DNA of 64,000 bases from a virus. The stretch lies in the IMG/VR virus record IMGVR_UViG_3300030108_003057, positions 1 through 64,000 of that record; one strand, 5' to 3'. The notes beneath the pieces were generated by a model. It did no database searches, was not told the origin of the DNA, and saw nothing but the letters and a program-made list of their open reading frames with translations. Both the position numbers and the translations under genes were made by a program. This document shows positions 50,308 to 59,669 of this stretch, piece by piece (within the stretch, counting starts at the first letter, position 1; every line of letters starts with the position of its first letter).

Positions 50308-51957
50308 ATGGCTAAGAAAAAAGATGATTTAGATGACCTTGTAGAAAAAGCAAAGGTTTTAGCAGAAGCAACCGGTAGAGAGGAAGCAGATATATTAGCC
50401 GATTTAATGGATGATGGCGTATTAAATGATTCACATAAAGAAACTGAAAAAACAGATTTAGTAACACAACTAAAAGAAGCAGCAGAATTAATTAATACAG
50501 TTCAAGCAATTAATCAAGAAGTTTCTGAAAATAAAGTGCTTAACGGTAATGGTAATAGTACTAAGGTTGAAGTAGATACAACTCTTGAAGGAGATATTGT
50601 AGATAGAGCAATTGAATCCGTACAACGTAAAGCAGAAAATATTAAAAAGATTATTATTCTTGTTGCTCCTTTATTCTTATTAGTAGGTGGCGGCGGTTCT
50701 TTAGAAATGTTTGGAATTACTGACTTTGTTGGTGATGATGAACCTGATGATTATTACCCTGATGATACTTTTTATGAGATTTGGGGATGCACCGATTATA
50801 ATGCAGATAATTACGACGAATATGCTAACATGGATGACGGTTCTTGTTCTTATCCTGTATATGGTTGTATGAATAATGCTGCCCCAAATTATAATCCCAA
50901 TGCAACAGTAGAAGATGGTTCATGTACTCGCGGTGGTTGTACTGACCCCGAAGCAGAAAACTATGATAATAATGCTAATGAAGATGATGGAAGTTGCGAA
51001 TATTATGTAGAACCTATTTATGGTTGTACTGATTCAGAAGCAAATAATTATCAAAGTGAAGCAGAAGAAGATGACGGTTCATGTACTTATGACCCAGAAC
51101 CAGTTTATGGTTGTACTGATGATTCTGCTAATAACTATAATCCCGAAGCAACAGAAGATGATAATACTTGTGATTACGACCCTGAACCTATTTATGGTTG
51201 TATGGATGATAGCGCAAATAATTATAATTCAGATGCTACCGTAGATGATGAGTCATGTGAATATGACCCAGAACTAGAATGCGAAGTAGAAATTACTAAT
51301 CATTATAGAGGTCATGTTCAATCAGATGCAGAACAAGATGCAATATTAATTGCTTTTAGAATTGTTCCAACAAATTGTGAAGAAGAAATTTTAGAAATAG
51401 ATATAGATATGCACCCACCCGGAGAAGATGACGAAGTAGATTATACTCACTTTGTACAAGTTAATGGTAGTGAACCAACAGATGTTTCTCATACTTTTGA
51501 TAACGTAGCAGTAGGTGTTTGGGTTCCTAGAATTACTGCGGCAATTGATGATGAACAAATAGAAAGAATTTGGATGTGGTCAATAGAGGTAGTGGAGCAG
51601 GTTTGTGAAATTAATTTATATGGTATTAATTTTGGAACAAACAATACTTCGGCAGTTGTGTTTTATGACCTTGATTGTGGAACAGAAGAAAATGACTTAG
51701 ACGGGTATAACGTATCTGTGCAGTTTCTTGTGTATTCTGTAAACTCAACAAATAATACTAACCCTCCTATTGAATTTAATACCACAACACATTATATTCA
51801 GGGTTATGCAGATGACCCACGTATGCTTAGGTTAAGTAATTTTACTGACGGGAATACTACTATATACGACTTTTATTGGTATGTTACTTGGGAAGATGCT
51901 GATGGCGAAGTACAATATATTGAACGTACTTGGTTAAATAGGGAATTAGTTGCGTGA
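50308..51957 (+). CDS. Membrane-anchored surface protein with GC(T/M)D..A.NY...A..DD.SC repeats
   Basis: Single TM segment (IIILVAPLFLLVGG) followed by six cysteine-bracketed acidic repeats at about 50781-51270. Confidence 0.75.
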   Translation: MAKKKDDLDDLVEKAKVLAEATGREEADILADLMDDGVLNDSHKETEKTDLVTQLKEAAELINTVQAINQEVSENKVLNGNGNSTKVEVDTTLEGDIVDRAIESVQRKAENIKKIIILVAPLFLLVGGGGSLEMFGITDFVGDDEPDDYYPDDTFYEIWGCTDYNADNYDEYANMDDGSCSYPVYGCMNNAAPNYNPNATVEDGSCTRGGCTDPEAENYDNNANEDDGSCEYYVEPIYGCTDSEANNYQSEAEEDDGSCTYDPEPVYGCTDDSANNYNPEATEDDNTCDYDPEPIYGCMDDSANNYNSDATVDDESCEYDPELECEVEITNHYRGHVQSDAEQDAILIAFRIVPTNCEEEILEIDIDMHPPGEDDEVDYTHFVQVNGSEPTDVSHTFDNVAVGVWVPRITAAIDDEQIERIWMWSIEVVEQVCEINLYGINFGTNNTSAVVFYDLDCGTEENDLDGYNVSVQFLVYSVNSTNNTNPPIEFNTTTHYIQGYADDPRMLRLSNFTDGNTTIYDFYWYVTWEDADGEVQYIERTWLNRELVA

Positions 51958-51962
51958 TTAAT

Positions 51963-52511
51963 ATGGGATGGTTTGATATATTAAAGAAATTAACTCGTGA
52001 TGAAATGGGTCAAGTTAGACCATATATTAAGGATGAGTTAGAAGAAGGTAAAAAGAGAATAAGAAGTGTCCGTAATCGGTATCGCTATAAATTAGGTAGG
52101 GAGCCAACAGAAGAGGAATTACGAGAAGAATTATCTAAACCTCCTAAAGTTAAAAGACCGAGAGGCGGGCAGCGTAAAATGCGACCTAAGATTAGGGACC
52201 ACCCCGCATATAGAAGATTAATAGCACGGTTTAGACGAGAGGGCCAAAACAGAGTACCCACCGAAGAAGAATTACGACAAGAAATATCTAATCCAACAAA
52301 ACTTTTAGCAGGAAGACAAAAAAGAGTGCCGCCACAACGAGCAGAAAGATTTGAATTATTTGATAATATTAAATTATATTTAGAATCTCAAAATATAACC
52401 CCTACTGTTATGAACATTTTAGAAGAACTTAGTGATTCCGATAAAACTAATCGTGAAAAAGATATAAATGATATTGGTGAATATTTAAGAACACAGAGGA
52501 TGAGTGATTAA
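51963..52511 (+). CDS. Basic protein with MGWFDILK tag and an internal 'R.PTEEELR.E.S.P' repeat
   Basis: The repeat occurs twice, with a degenerate third copy. Confidence 0.65.
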   Translation: MGWFDILKKLTRDEMGQVRPYIKDELEEGKKRIRSVRNRYRYKLGREPTEEELREELSKPPKVKRPRGGQRKMRPKIRDHPAYRRLIARFRREGQNRVPTEEELRQEISNPTKLLAGRQKRVPPQRAERFELFDNIKLYLESQNITPTVMNILEELSDSDKTNREKDINDIGEYLRTQRMSD

Positions 52512-52512
52512 T

Positions 52513-52809
52513 ATGCCAATAAGAAAAGTTAAAGGTGGATATAAGTGGGGCAAATCTGGTAAAGTTTATCCTACTCGCAAACAAGCAGAAAAACAAGCAG
52601 CCGCTGCCTATGCTTCTGGTTATAAAAAATCAGAAGAACGTGGTGAATGGTTTAATACTCTTAAAGCAAAAAAGAAGAAAACAAAAAAGGATGCTTGTTA
52701 TCATAAAGTAAGAAGTAGATATGATGTTTGGCCTTCTGCTTATGCTTCTGGTGCTTTAGTTCAATGTCGAAAAGTCGGCGCAAAAAACTGGGGGAAGAAT
52801 AAGAAATGA
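52513..52809 (+). CDS. Small basic two-module protein with an internal WFNTLK tag
   Basis: MPIRKVKGGYKWGKSG module plus the ACYHKVRSRYDVWPSAYASGALVQCRK module typical of marine phage small basic proteins. Confidence 0.65.
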   Translation: MPIRKVKGGYKWGKSGKVYPTRKQAEKQAAAAYASGYKKSEERGEWFNTLKAKKKKTKKDACYHKVRSRYDVWPSAYASGALVQCRKVGAKNWGKNKK

Positions 52810-53003
52810 GTTGGCGCGATGAAATTAAAAGGTACGAAGGTGATAATGAACTAGTTACTATTTTAGGACAGTTTGCTTTTAATATAGAAGAAGTAATCAA
52901 AGAACTAAAGAAACCTAAACCAAATGTTAGAGAACTAATTAATAAATTAGAGTACGATTTAGATATTACTGTAACAGAACTAAGGTCTGAAATGGAGAAA
53001 TAA
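52806..53003 (+). CDS. Small protein with MSWRDEIK tag
   Basis: Coupled ORF with the tag. Confidence 0.6.
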   Translation: MSWRDEIKRYEGDNELVTILGQFAFNIEEVIKELKKPKPNVRELINKLEYDLDITVTELRSEMEK

Positions 53004-53005
53004 AT

Positions 53006-53260
53006 ATGACTTGGGAAGATATTTTAATTAAAGATTGGGTATCTTGTGCTTCATGTACTGATGATAAACCCGGAACAGAACCTTGTGGGAGAAAAGATGC
53101 TTCTAAAGGAACTAAACGTAGATGCCGACCAACTTGTTCTGCTTGTAAAGATTATAAACGTAGAGCAGGTAAAAGAGGTAAATCAAAAAGAAGAAAAGCC
53201 GGAACGTTTAAATTAGAACAAGACCAAGGGTTACACGGTTGGTTTAAGAGGAGAGGATAA
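53006..53260 (+). CDS. Small Cys/Lys-rich protein with MTWEDILIK tag
   Basis: WV...PCGR...CRP; GLHGWFK. Confidence 0.6.
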   Translation: MTWEDILIKDWVSCASCTDDKPGTEPCGRKDASKGTKRRCRPTCSACKDYKRRAGKRGKSKRRKAGTFKLEQDQGLHGWFKRRG

Positions 53261-53261
53261 T

Positions 53262-53462
53262 ATGAGTTGGTTCGACGTTATTAAATCTGATAAAGTAATT
53301 GAAGATAAAATTATTGCTGAGTTCAAAAAAGAAGGAGGTGCTTTAGGTATGAAAAATCTCAAAGCAATTGCACCACCTAAAGAACTTAATAGAGTATTAG
53401 ATGCTATGAAGCGCAGAAAATTAATTTATGTACATGAGCATGGCGACTTAATTATGAGGTGA
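53262..53462 (+). CDS. Small wHTH-like protein with MSWFDVIK tag
   Basis: Helix-turn-helix-wing pattern. Confidence 0.55.
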   Translation: MSWFDVIKSDKVIEDKIIAEFKKEGGALGMKNLKAIAPPKELNRVLDAMKRRKLIYVHEHGDLIMR

Positions 53463-53466
53463 ATAA

Positions 53467-53754
53467 ATGAGTTGGTTTACTGTTCTTAAAAAGGACAAAA
53501 AAGATATGCGTGTAGGTCGCGTATATCCCAGTGATAGAGCAGGTAAAAAAATTATGATGTTAACTCATGAAGGTAAAAAGATTCACGCCGGAGCAAAAGG
53601 TTATGGTAACTATAAACGTTCTGGTAAAAATAGAGGCGGTGGAACTCATCGTAGTAAAAAACGACGTAAGAGTTTTAGAGCAAGACATAAATGCCATGAG
53701 TGTAAAGGACGCATTACTACACCACGTTGTTTAGCCTGTAAAAAGTTGTGGTGA
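53467..53754 (+). CDS. Small basic protein with MSWFTVLK tag
   Basis: KIHAGAKGY...RRKSFRARHKC...CKKLW. Confidence 0.65.
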   Translation: MSWFTVLKKDKKDMRVGRVYPSDRAGKKIMMLTHEGKKIHAGAKGYGNYKRSGKNRGGGTHRSKKRRKSFRARHKCHECKGRITTPRCLACKKLW

Positions 53755-53758
53755 TAAT

Positions 53759-54097
53759 TTGTGGAAAAATATTCTTAAGGCAGAACCGGCAAAAGGTACG
53801 GGTAAAAAACCAAAAGGTTCTAGCAGAAGATTATACACTGATGAAAACCCAAAAGATACAGTACCTGTAAAATTTAGAACTGCTGAAGATGTTAGAAATA
53901 CTTTTGCCAGTGCAGCGTTTAAATCTAAACCACATAAAAGACAATCACAAATAATTAATTTAGTTGAACAACGCGCAAGAGTTGCGGCGAGAAGGGCTAA
54001 AGACCCAGAAGCAAAAAAACGTTTACGTTCAGCACACAAAGTCGCATTGGCTAGAAAAGAATCAAGTAAAAGAAAAACTGAGAGGATGAATAAATGA
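53759..54097 (+). CDS. Small basic protein with MWKNILK tag (TTG start)
   Basis: GTGKKPKGSSRRLYTDENPKDTV motif; GGTGA RBS. Confidence 0.65.
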   Translation: MWKNILKAEPAKGTGKKPKGSSRRLYTDENPKDTVPVKFRTAEDVRNTFASAAFKSKPHKRQSQIINLVEQRARVAARRAKDPEAKKRLRSAHKVALARKESSKRKTERMNK

Positions 54098-54567
54098 CTT
54101 GGCAAAATATTATTAAACAATCTTTTATTGTTAAGATAAATTTTCCAGAAGCAGACTTTTGGCTACAGACAAGAGGTACAGAAGATAATGTCGGCAAACC
54201 TTTAAAACAATTTTCTCCAGTTCAAGGTAAATATAATTTTGGAATTAAAGTTCCAGAAGGAATGAATAAAGCCTATGTGTATAAACAATTAGCGGACTTA
54301 TATAGAAACGGTTATTGGAAAATTAATTCTTATGGTACTTTAAATTTACAACACATACGTAAGAATGATATTATTAAAGTATTAGATAATATGGAAGATA
54401 AAAAAGATTATAAAGATGAAACATCTGATAAATTTCAAGACCTATATAACAATTGGTTAAATCAATCAAAAAATATAGGTATGTTATTAGAAGGTCACAG
54501 TTCAGAATTAGTTCGTGAAGGTAGAGAGATAAGAAGATTTATTAAAAAATTGGAGGACATGAGATGA
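54094..54567 (+). CDS. Hypothetical protein with MTWQNIIK tag
   Basis: ADFWLQTRG...VGKP...GIKV...GTLNLQHIR. Confidence 0.6.
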   Translation: MTWQNIIKQSFIVKINFPEADFWLQTRGTEDNVGKPLKQFSPVQGKYNFGIKVPEGMNKAYVYKQLADLYRNGYWKINSYGTLNLQHIRKNDIIKVLDNMEDKKDYKDETSDKFQDLYNNWLNQSKNIGMLLEGHSSELVREGREIRRFIKKLEDMR

Positions 54568-55373
54568 GTTGGTTTTACGGTATTATTAGAAAGGCTGAAG
54601 AAGTTGTATTGGCAACAAGATTAGCACAATTACCAGATGAATTACAACAAATGATAAGAACTAGAGAAGGTGAAGGTTATCATCTTGGGGCTTATGTTCC
54701 AGCAGAAGATACAACATACATATATTTACCTGATTTTAAACGCGCGATTGATGAGAAAAGAGAGGGAGTTATGCGAGGAAGACTAGGTGAAGATGCGAGT
54801 TTCGCTCAGATGTCTGATGAAAGATTTGAGAGAATATTTATGAATAAATTTCTTGATACATTAGAGCACGAAAGTCTACACAGTGCTATGGATAAAGAAA
54901 TTAAAGAATGGGTTAAAGGAGAGGTAGACAGTTTTAACGAACAAATAACGATGAGAGTTTTACGCAGATTCGTAGAAAGAAGTGATAACCCAGATAGTTT
55001 ATTTAATAGAACAAATTTACGAAATATAGCAATACCTAGACTAACAGAAATATTAACGGTGTCTGCAACAAACTTAGTACACGAAATATTAGTTAGGATG
55101 CTATTACAAAGAGATTCTGCGCTAAGTTCAAATCAATTAAAAGAATATGTTATGATGTATTCTAAAGTTATAGTAAATGAAATAAGAGATATGGTTACGA
55201 ACTTACCGGCAAATGCTTCAATAGAAGATGATGTAAACCAATTTTATCAAATGGTATTATCACTAATGAGTGGATTTTGGTCGGAATATATGAAAGTATA
55301 TTATGATTTTAGTTTAGACTATACTTCAGGGGTTATAGTAGAGACTATAAACGAAGCGTTAGATGAACTATAA
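54564..55373 (+). CDS. HExxH zincin-like protein with MSWFYGIIRK tag
   Basis: GAY...IYL...TLEHESLH. Confidence 0.6.
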   Translation: MSWFYGIIRKAEEVVLATRLAQLPDELQQMIRTREGEGYHLGAYVPAEDTTYIYLPDFKRAIDEKREGVMRGRLGEDASFAQMSDERFERIFMNKFLDTLEHESLHSAMDKEIKEWVKGEVDSFNEQITMRVLRRFVERSDNPDSLFNRTNLRNIAIPRLTEILTVSATNLVHEILVRMLLQRDSALSSNQLKEYVMMYSKVIVNEIRDMVTNLPANASIEDDVNQFYQMVLSLMSGFWSEYMKVYYDFSLDYTSGVIVETINEALDEL

Positions 55374-55818
55374 GAGGAAGACAATGAACTTTAACATATT
55401 AAATGAATACGAAATACGCGCTATCTTATCTGATTTTACAAGTTCGACAGACAAAGGTTATCCTGAATTAGTTACACCTCTAACATATTATACTAGAGTG
55501 GATGGTGAACAAATTCTAGCCTATTCGTCTTTTTCTGATATGGGTAATTTTTATTTCGTAGGCAATACATATGTTATGCCAAATAGTAGAGGTAAAGGAG
55601 TGTATACTAACTTACTAACTAATAGAAATAATCATCTAAAGGATAAACCTAAGATAACATTAGTTAACCCAATAGAGGGTACAGATATTTCTCAATTACT
55701 GTATCAAGTAGCAAAACAAGGCGGAAAGGTAGTAAATAGTTATGAAGAAGTGGCAGATATTATGTCGGAAGATATTTATACCTCTTTATCGAAACTACCC
55801 ATGTACATATACAGGTGA
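55363..55818 (+). CDS. GNAT-family acetyltransferase
   Basis: YVMPNSRGKGVYTNLL acetyl-CoA binding motif A. Confidence 0.7.
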   Translation: MNYKRKTMNFNILNEYEIRAILSDFTSSTDKGYPELVTPLTYYTRVDGEQILAYSSFSDMGNFYFVGNTYVMPNSRGKGVYTNLLTNRNNHLKDKPKITLVNPIEGTDISQLLYQVAKQGGKVVNSYEEVADIMSEDIYTSLSKLPMYIYR

Positions 55819-56009
55819 TAAGAATGCCCCGCACTGAATGGTTTAATCGTTGGTTAGATGAAAACTTCCCAGATGAAGAAGTAGAAGATGTTTTTGAAAA
55901 GACTTTAGAATATATTGATAATAGTGAAAATGATACTAGAACACTACAAAAAATTAAGGCTTATATATTACAGGCTTTTAGTATGTCTAAGGGAGATGAA
56001 GAGGAATGA
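55815..56009 (+). CDS. Small acidic hypothetical protein
   Basis: Coupled ORF. Confidence 0.5.
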   Translation: MIRMPRTEWFNRWLDENFPDEEVEDVFEKTLEYIDNSENDTRTLQKIKAYILQAFSMSKGDEEE

Positions 56010-56263
56010 GTTGGGAACTCTACCTTAAATCCATTGACCAAAAAGAAATTGATAGTTGGACAGAAGCATTAAAGGCTTTTATTAAACAAGGTAGAGAACT
56101 AGGAATTCCATTAGATATAATGTCTGAATTAGAAAATGCAAATAAAGCAGTTGGCGCAACAGTTACTACTTCGCCGGGATTTACTCCCTCAATTCATAAT
56201 ATAGTTTATGGTTCATGCCCCAAGTGTAAAGATAAAAAATCTCCTTGTGGGTGTGATAAATAA
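56006..56263 (+). CDS. Small protein with MSWELYLK tag
   Basis: Tag; C-terminal CPKC...CGC. Confidence 0.6.
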   Translation: MSWELYLKSIDQKEIDSWTEALKAFIKQGRELGIPLDIMSELENANKAVGATVTTSPGFTPSIHNIVYGSCPKCKDKKSPCGCDK

Positions 56264-57666
56264 TGAGTGAATATAAAGCATTAGAAAATATTTCTGATGA
56301 TATTCAGGAAATAATTAAAAACGCAACAACAAGATGTATTAGGGCAATTGAAGCAAGAGTGCCTAACACTGGTGTAGCGGGTGAAGGTAATAGACCTAAA
56401 AAAATTATAGAAATAATGAGAAGACACGGTGAAGGCCAATTTGCTAGAAGTACAGTAAATCTGTTCGATGGAATGGGTAGAGCCTTAGATTTAATAGAGA
56501 TATTACAAAATAAAGATGAAATACTAGTAGAAGATATACAAAATCTAAGAGAAGCACAAGAAATATTAAAAACAATATTAGCAGATAAAACTCATAAAAA
56601 GAAAGCAGGAGGCACAAACCCTAGAAATATTAGATTTAGAGTAGTTACTAAATTTAAATTAGAAGATGGTAAACCAGTTGTTGTCGATAGAGGTGATGTT
56701 TTTGGTCACTATAAAACACCAACTGTAATAAGATATTTAGATGCTAGAAAGGAGTATGCTAGACAACAAGGTGAAGAATATACTGGGCCGAACTATAAAG
56801 AAAGTTCAGAAGATGTTAGGTTTTGGGCTAGTGATAAACCAAATACTAGCAAACCACCATTGTTTGTTGCTCTCCAAACATTTGAAGCAGAATTAAGAAA
56901 AATCCTTAAAGAAATAAAAACGCCACCAGAACCAGCAGACCCAATAGTAATAAATATAGATAAAGGTGTTAAGTTAGAACCGTTTTCTAAATTAGCATCA
57001 TTAAAGGAAGGATTTCGTGAGATAGTAAGTAATCCAGAAATATATCCCAAAATACCAACACGTAGAGATGGTAAAAAGGTATTAGGTTCAAATAAACCAA
57101 TAATTGTAAGTTATGATAAAAGTCAAAGAGCAGGTCAAAAAACCTTTACATCTGAAGTAACTGAATATATTTTTAGAATAACAAGTAACGCTGATAGAAA
57201 AATATTAGATGAGGCAGTTCCGGGTTGGGGAGAAGAAGGTAAAGATTTGGCTCAAACAAGTTCTTTAGAAGAATTTAGACTTAAAGTTAATAGCACAAGA
57301 CGCACAAAGACATTAGTTAGATTAACATTGGGTGGAGAACTATCAACCATTAGAATACCGGATAGAACACCGGGAGTAGTATTGAAAGCACAAGAATTTT
57401 TAGAAGAAATAAATAAAAGTAGATATAGCGATAAAAATAGACAATCAAAAAAATTAGAAATAATAGATAAAATATTGACTAACTCTTCTGAGCCTTTAAC
57501 TGTTAGAGAAATTTTAGAGCGTTGGAGAGGTTTAACAAATTATGCTGGTAGACCATATAAAAATATTCCAACTACTAATGAATTAAGTATGATACTAAAA
57601 CGACACGGTTATAAGATAGTTAACACAGTAAGAAAAATATCATATTGGGGACCGAGGAAGGAATAA
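56263..57666 (+). CDS. Hypothetical protein with C-terminal wHTH-like domain
   Basis: 'PLTVREILERW...IPTTNELSMILK' after an 'EINKS' junction. Confidence 0.65.
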   Translation: MSEYKALENISDDIQEIIKNATTRCIRAIEARVPNTGVAGEGNRPKKIIEIMRRHGEGQFARSTVNLFDGMGRALDLIEILQNKDEILVEDIQNLREAQEILKTILADKTHKKKAGGTNPRNIRFRVVTKFKLEDGKPVVVDRGDVFGHYKTPTVIRYLDARKEYARQQGEEYTGPNYKESSEDVRFWASDKPNTSKPPLFVALQTFEAELRKILKEIKTPPEPADPIVINIDKGVKLEPFSKLASLKEGFREIVSNPEIYPKIPTRRDGKKVLGSNKPIIVSYDKSQRAGQKTFTSEVTEYIFRITSNADRKILDEAVPGWGEEGKDLAQTSSLEEFRLKVNSTRRTKTLVRLTLGGELSTIRIPDRTPGVVLKAQEFLEEINKSRYSDKNRQSKKLEIIDKILTNSSEPLTVREILERWRGLTNYAGRPYKNIPTTNELSMILKRHGYKIVNTVRKISYWGPRKE

Positions 57667-57668
57667 TT

Positions 57669-57950
57669 ATGTCTTGGGAAAATATTGTTAAAAGAAAAAA
57701 GATGAAACCTTTGTATAAAAAATTAATTGATGATGTAGTAGAAGAATTATATAGCCCTGCATCTGCTCAAGAAATATATTCGCTGATGCGTGATAAATTT
57801 GAAAAAGAAATACAATTCTCCGGTCGTAAAGTTTTAACTGGAAGATATTTCCCAGATATAGGTGCTGTTAGACAGTATCTTAAAGTTAATCACAAATCTA
57901 CGGGTATGTTTAAACAAAGAAAATTATACGGTGGTAATCAGAATGACTAG
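57669..57950 (+). CDS. wHTH-like protein with MSWENIVK tag
   Basis: 'PASAQEIYSLM...FPDIGAVRQYLK'. Confidence 0.6.
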   Translation: MSWENIVKRKKMKPLYKKLIDDVVEELYSPASAQEIYSLMRDKFEKEIQFSGRKVLTGRYFPDIGAVRQYLKVNHKSTGMFKQRKLYGGNQND

Positions 57951-58605
57951 AGTAACCCGTAAAACCTGCCCAGTATGTAATCACGAAGAACGTGATATAA
58001 TAGAACAAGGAGTTCTTGACGGAAGTATTGACCCATCAGTATTAGATAAAGATAATGGTTGGTGGAATGGAACTACCCGTAAACATATGCAAAACCACAC
58101 AGACAATTATGTTTCACATTCAAACGACAATTGTAAGTTATGTACACATCAGTCAAGGGCTGATATTGAAGCAGGTCTTTCAGATGGCCGCACCAAAGTT
58201 AGCGAAATAGCAGAACAATTAGAAATGTCTGAGGATGCCGTACAATTACATTTAAGAAAGCATCTAAAACCTATGATACAAAAGAGCGCGGCTATGGAAT
58301 TAGCACGTATTGATTTTAATGAAATGGACGTGCTTTCTAACAATATTGCTATACTACAAAATAAAGTAAATGGTTTAGCGGATAACGAAAACCTTAACTT
58401 TAAGGAAATAGATTCTTTAACTAGATTAGCAAAGGAAATAAGGGAATCCCTTAAATATATGTTAGAATTTAAAGGACAATTAGTACACAAGAGAGAAGAA
58501 ACTATTGTGGTCCAGCAGGTTGAGGTTATTCAAAGAGTATTAATTGAAAAATACCCCGAAGTATGGACAGACATAAGAGATGCAGTTGCGGAGAAATTAC
58601 AATGA
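57943..58605 (+). CDS. Zinc-finger/HTH protein, possible terminase small subunit
   Basis: Two C-x2-C-x-H...H-x3-H modules with an HTH (VSEIAEQLEMSEDAVQLH) and a coiled coil. Confidence 0.55.
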   Translation: MTRVTRKTCPVCNHEERDIIEQGVLDGSIDPSVLDKDNGWWNGTTRKHMQNHTDNYVSHSNDNCKLCTHQSRADIEAGLSDGRTKVSEIAEQLEMSEDAVQLHLRKHLKPMIQKSAAMELARIDFNEMDVLSNNIAILQNKVNGLADNENLNFKEIDSLTRLAKEIRESLKYMLEFKGQLVHKREETIVVQQVEVIQRVLIEKYPEVWTDIRDAVAEKLQ

Positions 58606-58799
58606 GTTGGGAAAATATATTCAAAAAAGAACCCGTTAGGATTGATTTTACGAGCAGTAAGAAACTAATGGCTTGGGTAAGTGATGAATACGGTACTGGG
58701 AGAGGCCCATTTACAATAGAATCTATTTATGCTCAGTTAAAGAAAGATGGGACTTTTGAAGATAGAATGGAATTTATTGATGATAAAAGAATTAGGTGA
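58602..58799 (+). CDS. Small protein with MSWENIFK tag
   Basis: ATGA-coupled; carries the tag. Confidence 0.6.
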   Translation: MSWENIFKKEPVRIDFTSSKKLMAWVSDEYGTGRGPFTIESIYAQLKKDGTFEDRMEFIDDKRIR

Positions 58800-58804
58800 T
58801 TAAA

Positions 58805-59008
58805 ATGAGTTGGTATGAAGTAATAAAAGTAAAACTTGCAGGTTTACCGGCTTATTCTGGTACATGTCCTAGATGTAAAAAATTTATTAGAACTGGTGAC
58901 CCTTGCCCATTAAATTTACCGGCTCCTAGTGCTGAAGATTCTCCAGAAGATATTATGTTAGAATCATGCCCTATGAAAGTAGATGATGACGCAATACATC
59001 TGGAGTAA
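58805..59008 (+). CDS. Small cysteine-containing protein with MSWYEVIK tag
   Basis: CPRC...CP...CP. Confidence 0.6.
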   Translation: MSWYEVIKVKLAGLPAYSGTCPRCKKFIRTGDPCPLNLPAPSAEDSPEDIMLESCPMKVDDDAIHLE

Positions 59009-59013
59009 TTCAT

Positions 59014-59214
59014 ATGACCTTACAGGGTATTATTAATACCATAAATAATTCTATACGTAGTTTAGAGGAATATAAAAAAACCTCACCACGAAATATAGAA
59101 ACTACCATAAATAAAACAATAAGTTTATTAAAGACATTGAGAAGTCAGTATACGGAGTACCTAACTACTCAAACTAAATTGGGGGATTACGATGGGCAAG
59201 CATCCAAAAGATAA
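59014..59214 (+). CDS. Small helical protein with PIP-like C-terminus
   Basis: ...TQTKLGDY. Confidence 0.5.
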   Translation: MTLQGIINTINNSIRSLEEYKKTSPRNIETTINKTISLLKTLRSQYTEYLTTQTKLGDYDGQASKR

Positions 59215-59545
59215 AAGTTTTAATGATAAACTTATGATTTTGATGGGAGTGCCTATTGTACTAACATGGTTAGGTTTAGCCGCATATGTTATTTATATGG
59301 CTACTAAAGACCCTGACGTAGTTCTACAAAACTTAGATGGGTTTACTGCTGTATTAGGATTAATTGGTGGTCCCGCTTTACTAATTATTACTAGTATGTT
59401 AGACCTATGGAAGAACGAACAGGCTAACGAAATTAATGAGATTCCTTCTGAATTAGCGCATCGTCGCACTCTTCAAGAAATGGAGCAAAAACACGCTCTA
59501 TCTATGGATGCCTTTTTAACAAAAACGGAGGGTAAAAAAGAATGA
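59192..59545 (+). CDS. Two-TM membrane protein
   Basis: Two hydrophobic helices and a coiled tail. Confidence 0.6.
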   Translation: MGKHPKDKSFNDKLMILMGVPIVLTWLGLAAYVIYMATKDPDVVLQNLDGFTAVLGLIGGPALLIITSMLDLWKNEQANEINEIPSELAHRRTLQEMEQKHALSMDAFLTKTEGKKE

Positions 59546-59667
59546 GTTGGTTTAATATTATTAAGAAGTTAAGTGGTAAACAATATAAGATTGATGCTAA
59601 TAAAGATGGAAAAATTACGGAAGAAGATTTTAAACAGTTAAGAGAGAAAAAAGCAAAAGAGGAATAA
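59542..59667 (+). CDS. 41-aa EF-hand-like protein with MSWFNIIK tag (not in ORF track)
   Basis: MSWFNIIKKLSGKQYKIDANKDGKITEEDFKQLREKKAKEE; ATGA coupling. Confidence 0.7.
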   Translation: MSWFNIIKKLSGKQYKIDANKDGKITEEDFKQLREKKAKEE

Positions 59668-59669
59668 AT

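Noticed and set aside
50781-51270. DNA tandem repeats as a non-coding array
   Set aside because: They are in-frame protein repeats with synonymous variation.
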